DNA of 63,313 bases, counting the filler, from Globobulimina sp. (taxonomy: Eukaryota), in the NCBI GenBank assembly GCA_003354225.1. It is 12 parts of 12 records of this genome, joined end to end, with 100 filler letters (N's around TTAATTAATTAA, not from the genome) between each part and the next. Parts side by side here need not be neighbours in the genome. Positions count along the whole stretch, not along the records: positions 58,141 to 63,313 come from PIVH01000685.1; 11 more parts are not named here. One strand, written 5' to 3'. Made by a program: the position numbers and the translations under genes. Positions 59,162 through 63,313 of this stretch are shown here, one piece after another; position 1 is the first letter of the stretch, and each line of letters opens with the position of its first letter. The notes under the pieces were generated by a model. The model worked only from the letters and a program-made list of their open reading frames with translations. It was not told the DNA's origin and ran no database searches.

Positions 59162-62100
59162 ATGTCAACATCACTACCATGTGACAGTGACACTAAAACT
59201 AATCCAGAACAAAATCAACAATATGAGGAGAAACTGGAGAAATACAGGAAACTCTCCTATGAAACGAATAGAAAACTGTCACGTTTATCACACGAGGAGC
59301 TAATGATACCATTAATTTATTGGCACAGTCCACCAAAACATAAGATCACAGCAATGTATATTCAAAAATCAATGCGATCGGGAGATATTATAATAACAGG
59401 CTCTGAAAATGGTGAATTTATCATTTGGAAACCATACAACACCATTCACCATCCACCACATTACAATGAACAGAAATCAAACACACTCAGCAACCATTGG
59501 ATCCCCATTGCCATGACCTTCTCCACAAACGCCAGTCCAATAATATCCATATTAGGTTCATTCCAACACAAAGAACAAGCCGCATTTATGGGTATATAAA
59601 TAATATAATCCTTGCACCCATTTCACATAATCATCCTTGCACAATGTACATAAATATAACATACATAGCATGTCACGCTGATGGTGAAACTGTGATATTT
59701 TCAGTTTACGGTGCTGGCGCTCTCAAAATTGGCTGTGGGGAAAGACCCATATTAAAAGAAGGCATATCCGGCATTTATGGCTATGGATTATCCAACGAAT
59801 CGTATCAATATTGTGTGTGTACCAATTTTTTCAATCATAACTTACATTTAATTGATTTACATAAAGGAAAACAAATAAATTATAACCTAAACATCAACAT
59901 ATTACCTATGTGCATCATTGATATCACCTTTTTCGAACTACAACTGTCCTCTCACTGCGTCATCATTGATGAACGAGGCAAAATTGCCACTTTTATCATC
60001 AATGAGAATAACAATACCATTCAACCACAATTAAATTTTGAGTCCCGCTTAAAAGACAAACCAATTAATATCGGCATCACTTTTGATAACGAATTCTTGT
60101 GCGCAATCTCCAAAAATCAATTTGTTTTATTTGCCAACGATCCGTTACGATTTATCTCCACATCATCGTGCAAGGAATGCAATGCGTATTGGGATGGAAT
60201 GATTGTATTAGACAAGTATTTGTATGGCATCATTCAATCCACACACAACCGACCCTTTTTCATCTTATTATGGCGCAATGGCTCCGCCCATCTCACCGTA
60301 TATTTGGTACAAGGCCAATGTGACGGCGATGTGTTAGAAGCTGTCATCCATTTATTAATACCACCATCGGCACGCAATAAATGGAATGTAGTCACCAATG
60401 ATAACAAAGGCAACATATTCATCGGCACTTTGGATTGTAAAATCATTAAATTCTCCATGGATGACATTGAAAAATGTATCAATTTGCAAGAGGAAAACAT
60501 CATAAATCTGCCTGGGAAATATGTTGGATGCATACAAGATGCGTTTATGTGTCATATTGACCCTGACACTCCGGCACAGGACGATAATGATATAAATATA
60601 ACCACTTCTTGCATGAATATAACGTCGCTGGGCTGCCTATTATGCATTGGTTATGACAATGGCGAGATATATATTTATAACATATCCGCAGGCGAAGCCT
60701 TAATGGAAATCCATACGCAATTATCTCGCGTCAATGCACTGTTATTGTTGTGTTCGGATCGCAGCTGCGATGGTGTCTTATTTGTGGGCTATGAGTCTGG
60801 CTACATTGAGGCCTTTAACTGTGCCAGCGGTGAATTGATAATTTCCTCCCAATGCCATACCGACAGTGTGACGCATATTGTGACTTTCGAGCAGGATTAC
60901 TATGTATTTTCGGCTGGCAAAGACAACGCAATGTGTTCGTTTTTGGTGTACTCCCAATTAAAGATATCTATTGGCGACGATAGCTCCGCTATTCGCATCA
61001 ATTGGTATCGCGGACATCCCTCCGCCATCAGCAACATCTATCGGAATGAATGGTGTTTAATCTCTGACTTAGTTTGTTGCGAATTGGTCACCGGCGAGTT
61101 ATATATATGGTGTGTGTCCACAGCACAATTAGAACGCAAATTTTTTAAAAATAAATCCCTGATTTTCAACATCGATCGCAAACTATTTTACCATTTAAAA
61201 CGCAATGAACTGCCGCATTTAACCTCGCATGAACGAGAAATGTATGATATGACACCACACGGCACGTACAATTGTAACATATTAATGTTAGATATCCGAA
61301 TTTTAGGCGATTATATCAATACAAATGATAACGGCAATGACAATGTGAAGGTGAATGATAAAAAGGATATCAACAAACTGTCCGATTTATTATCATTGTT
61401 ATTGGATTTCAATGAAGAATTTTCGGAGTATTGGCGCTTGTTTTTGGCGGAATTTAACTGTTTAATCTCAGACATATCGCCTTGTTATGGCTATTGTGGC
61501 GATTTCGAGTCACAAACGTTGCTATTTCCAATCGCGTCGCGTGCCGGCGGTCGATGGAGAATCCAACCCAAAGTCACTGCTATTTATATGTTGTCGATCA
61601 ATACCATTTGTATGTGGTTACTGCAGTGTGCGCCCAGCAAAAAGTTGCCAGTTTGTTCCCGATTGGTGACTTTTTATCATGTCATGTTACCGGATAAATT
61701 CGCGGGATTTGTGGAACCTTCGCGTAATTCCATGGCGCGATATTGCTTAAACTCTGTACAAGAAATAAGAGCGGCGTCCCGCATGTTATTGCATGGCATC
61801 GTCCAACGTATGACCAATGTCATGAGGAAATCATTAATTTTGAAATGGAAAAAGCGTTTTTGTGGCAGCAATAGTAATAAAACTGCCTTTTTTACAAACT
61901 CCAACAGCAATAAAGTGCCTTTAAGTGTGTTATTGGGCGCCATTGTGATTTGCATCATTCATTCGTTAAAACGCAATGTCATCGAAGACATTGTGTGTCA
62001 GTCCGTGATTGCAACGTTAATCGCGGTGTTGATGGAGAAATACAGCATTCATACGCATAGCGACATGATTAAGATATCGCTGTCTTGCGACTATTTAGGC

Positions 62101-63015
62101 AAAGTTATCATATCTTGGTTTAAATATGTCGACGATGTGGAATATTTATTAAAAACCTTGTTGGATTTACGCAATTGCGACCATTTATTATTGAAAAAGT
62201 CTGCCTCTTCGGCCTTGCTGCAATGCGGTGTGGCCGTCCCCCAATCTTTTATAAAAACCATGGGCAACGAAGCATTGATAATATCCATCCACAGCCACAC
62301 CAATAATATCAACAATGTGGAGGAAATTGATGTGGATGAAATTGATACAAAGCGACATGAACAGGCCTTGATGTGTATCATTAATTTAGTGCAGAAATAC
62401 CCGCAAGTCTTATTAAAGCATATCCCGTTGTTGGTGTCCACTATAATACGTTGTTTGGACCCCTCTGCGCCACGGAGACGGAAAGCATTGTTATCTGCAA
62501 CCACGGCCTCATTGCATGTGTTGGTGACAAAGTATCCGAATGTGGCCTTTCATCAAGAAACGCAACACTTTGCTATTGGCACTGGCCCAGCGAGGGATAA
62601 TTGTATACTCATTTATGATTTGCGAACTACGACACGATGGAAACAATTGAAAGGACATAGGGCGGCGGTGACTGCCATTGAATTTAATTACAATGGATCA
62701 TATTTAATATCATATTCGGCGTACGAAAGACCGCCGACTGTGAAATGTTGGTATATTGGCTCTGGCGGCTTCTTCAATTCGTTGTTGTCGTTAACCTATG
62801 CCTCTGGCGGTGGCTCTTCTCGATCCCATAATCATTCACTAACTTCACATTCAAAATGTATCAAAACCTGTCCTATGCCACCGTTAGATCGGCTGTATCC
62901 ACCCATTGATCATCTACAATATACAAAGTTAACATGGAACCATAAAGTTAAAGGTGCTGTTAAACTTCAAAGAGAAAACCAATCTGTTCTTTTTTTCACT
63001 GTATTACCAAAATAA
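59162..63015 (+). CDS. WDR7: WDR7/Rabconnectin-3 beta-like WD40 protein (two exons)
   Basis: IPLIYWHSPPKHKIT, IITGSENGEFIIW, IIRCLDP, YPNVAFH, IYDLRT..LKGHRAAVTA..SYLISYS. Intron 59592-59668. Confidence 0.85.
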
Positions 63016-63313
63016 TATCACAATGTTTACAATAACTTAACTCTATTAAATATCAATCTTGTTTGCAATTGTTTGATTAACTACTATTTGAGATTCGAAT
63101 TTTGATACCGCGAACTTTAACGATACTTCATTTTTTTTGAAATCATACACGTCAAACAAAAGTTAGAACTCAGTTGTCCCATCACATAGGCACTGACTCC
63201 ACCCGGTGGATATACTTGCAACATAAGTGCATATACTTGCAAGTTGCAGCAGAGAAGAATGTATATGCAGGTATATACTAGCAAAACACATGCATATACT
63301 ACCACATCACGTC

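Overview
This window is not one locus. It is 12 unrelated ~5.2-kb contigs, sorted by decreasing length and joined by artificial 100-nt linkers (N44-TTAATTAATTAA-N44). The contigs span 1-5204, 5305-10499, 10600-15793, 15894-21087, 21188-26377, 26478-31660, 31761-36937, 37038-42214, 42315-47491, 47592-52766, 52867-58040 and 58141-63313. The DNA is from an AT-rich, gene-dense microbial eukaryote using the standard code, with mostly short (about 40-90 nt) GT-AG introns. The gene repertoire recalls foraminiferan/rhizarian genomes (inference only). Host genes include PWP1, WDR7, an RluA/RluD pseudouridine synthase, a 7TM-RGS, a DH-PH-like protein, TMEM151, GT8 and GT49 glycosyltransferases, a JmjC protein beside an AlkB-like dioxygenase, a nitrile hydratase beta subunit, a myxobacterial-type ferritin-like protein and tRNA-Val(CAC). 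Mobile DNA is abundant: a MULE transposase missed by the ORF track, a complete 3,926-bp pogo-like transposon (perfect 108-bp TIRs, TA duplication) splitting the GT8 gene, and two divergent DIRS/Ngaro-like retroelements. The most striking signal is that both retroelements share a splice architecture: one phase-1 donor ends ORF1a, and in-frame phase-1 acceptors precede both the Gag-like ORF and the RT ORF, which has no ATG near its 5' end. This suggests expression by alternative splicing. A variant hammerhead-ribozyme-like motif lies upstream of one of them. All family calls are by manual motif recognition; no database searches were run.
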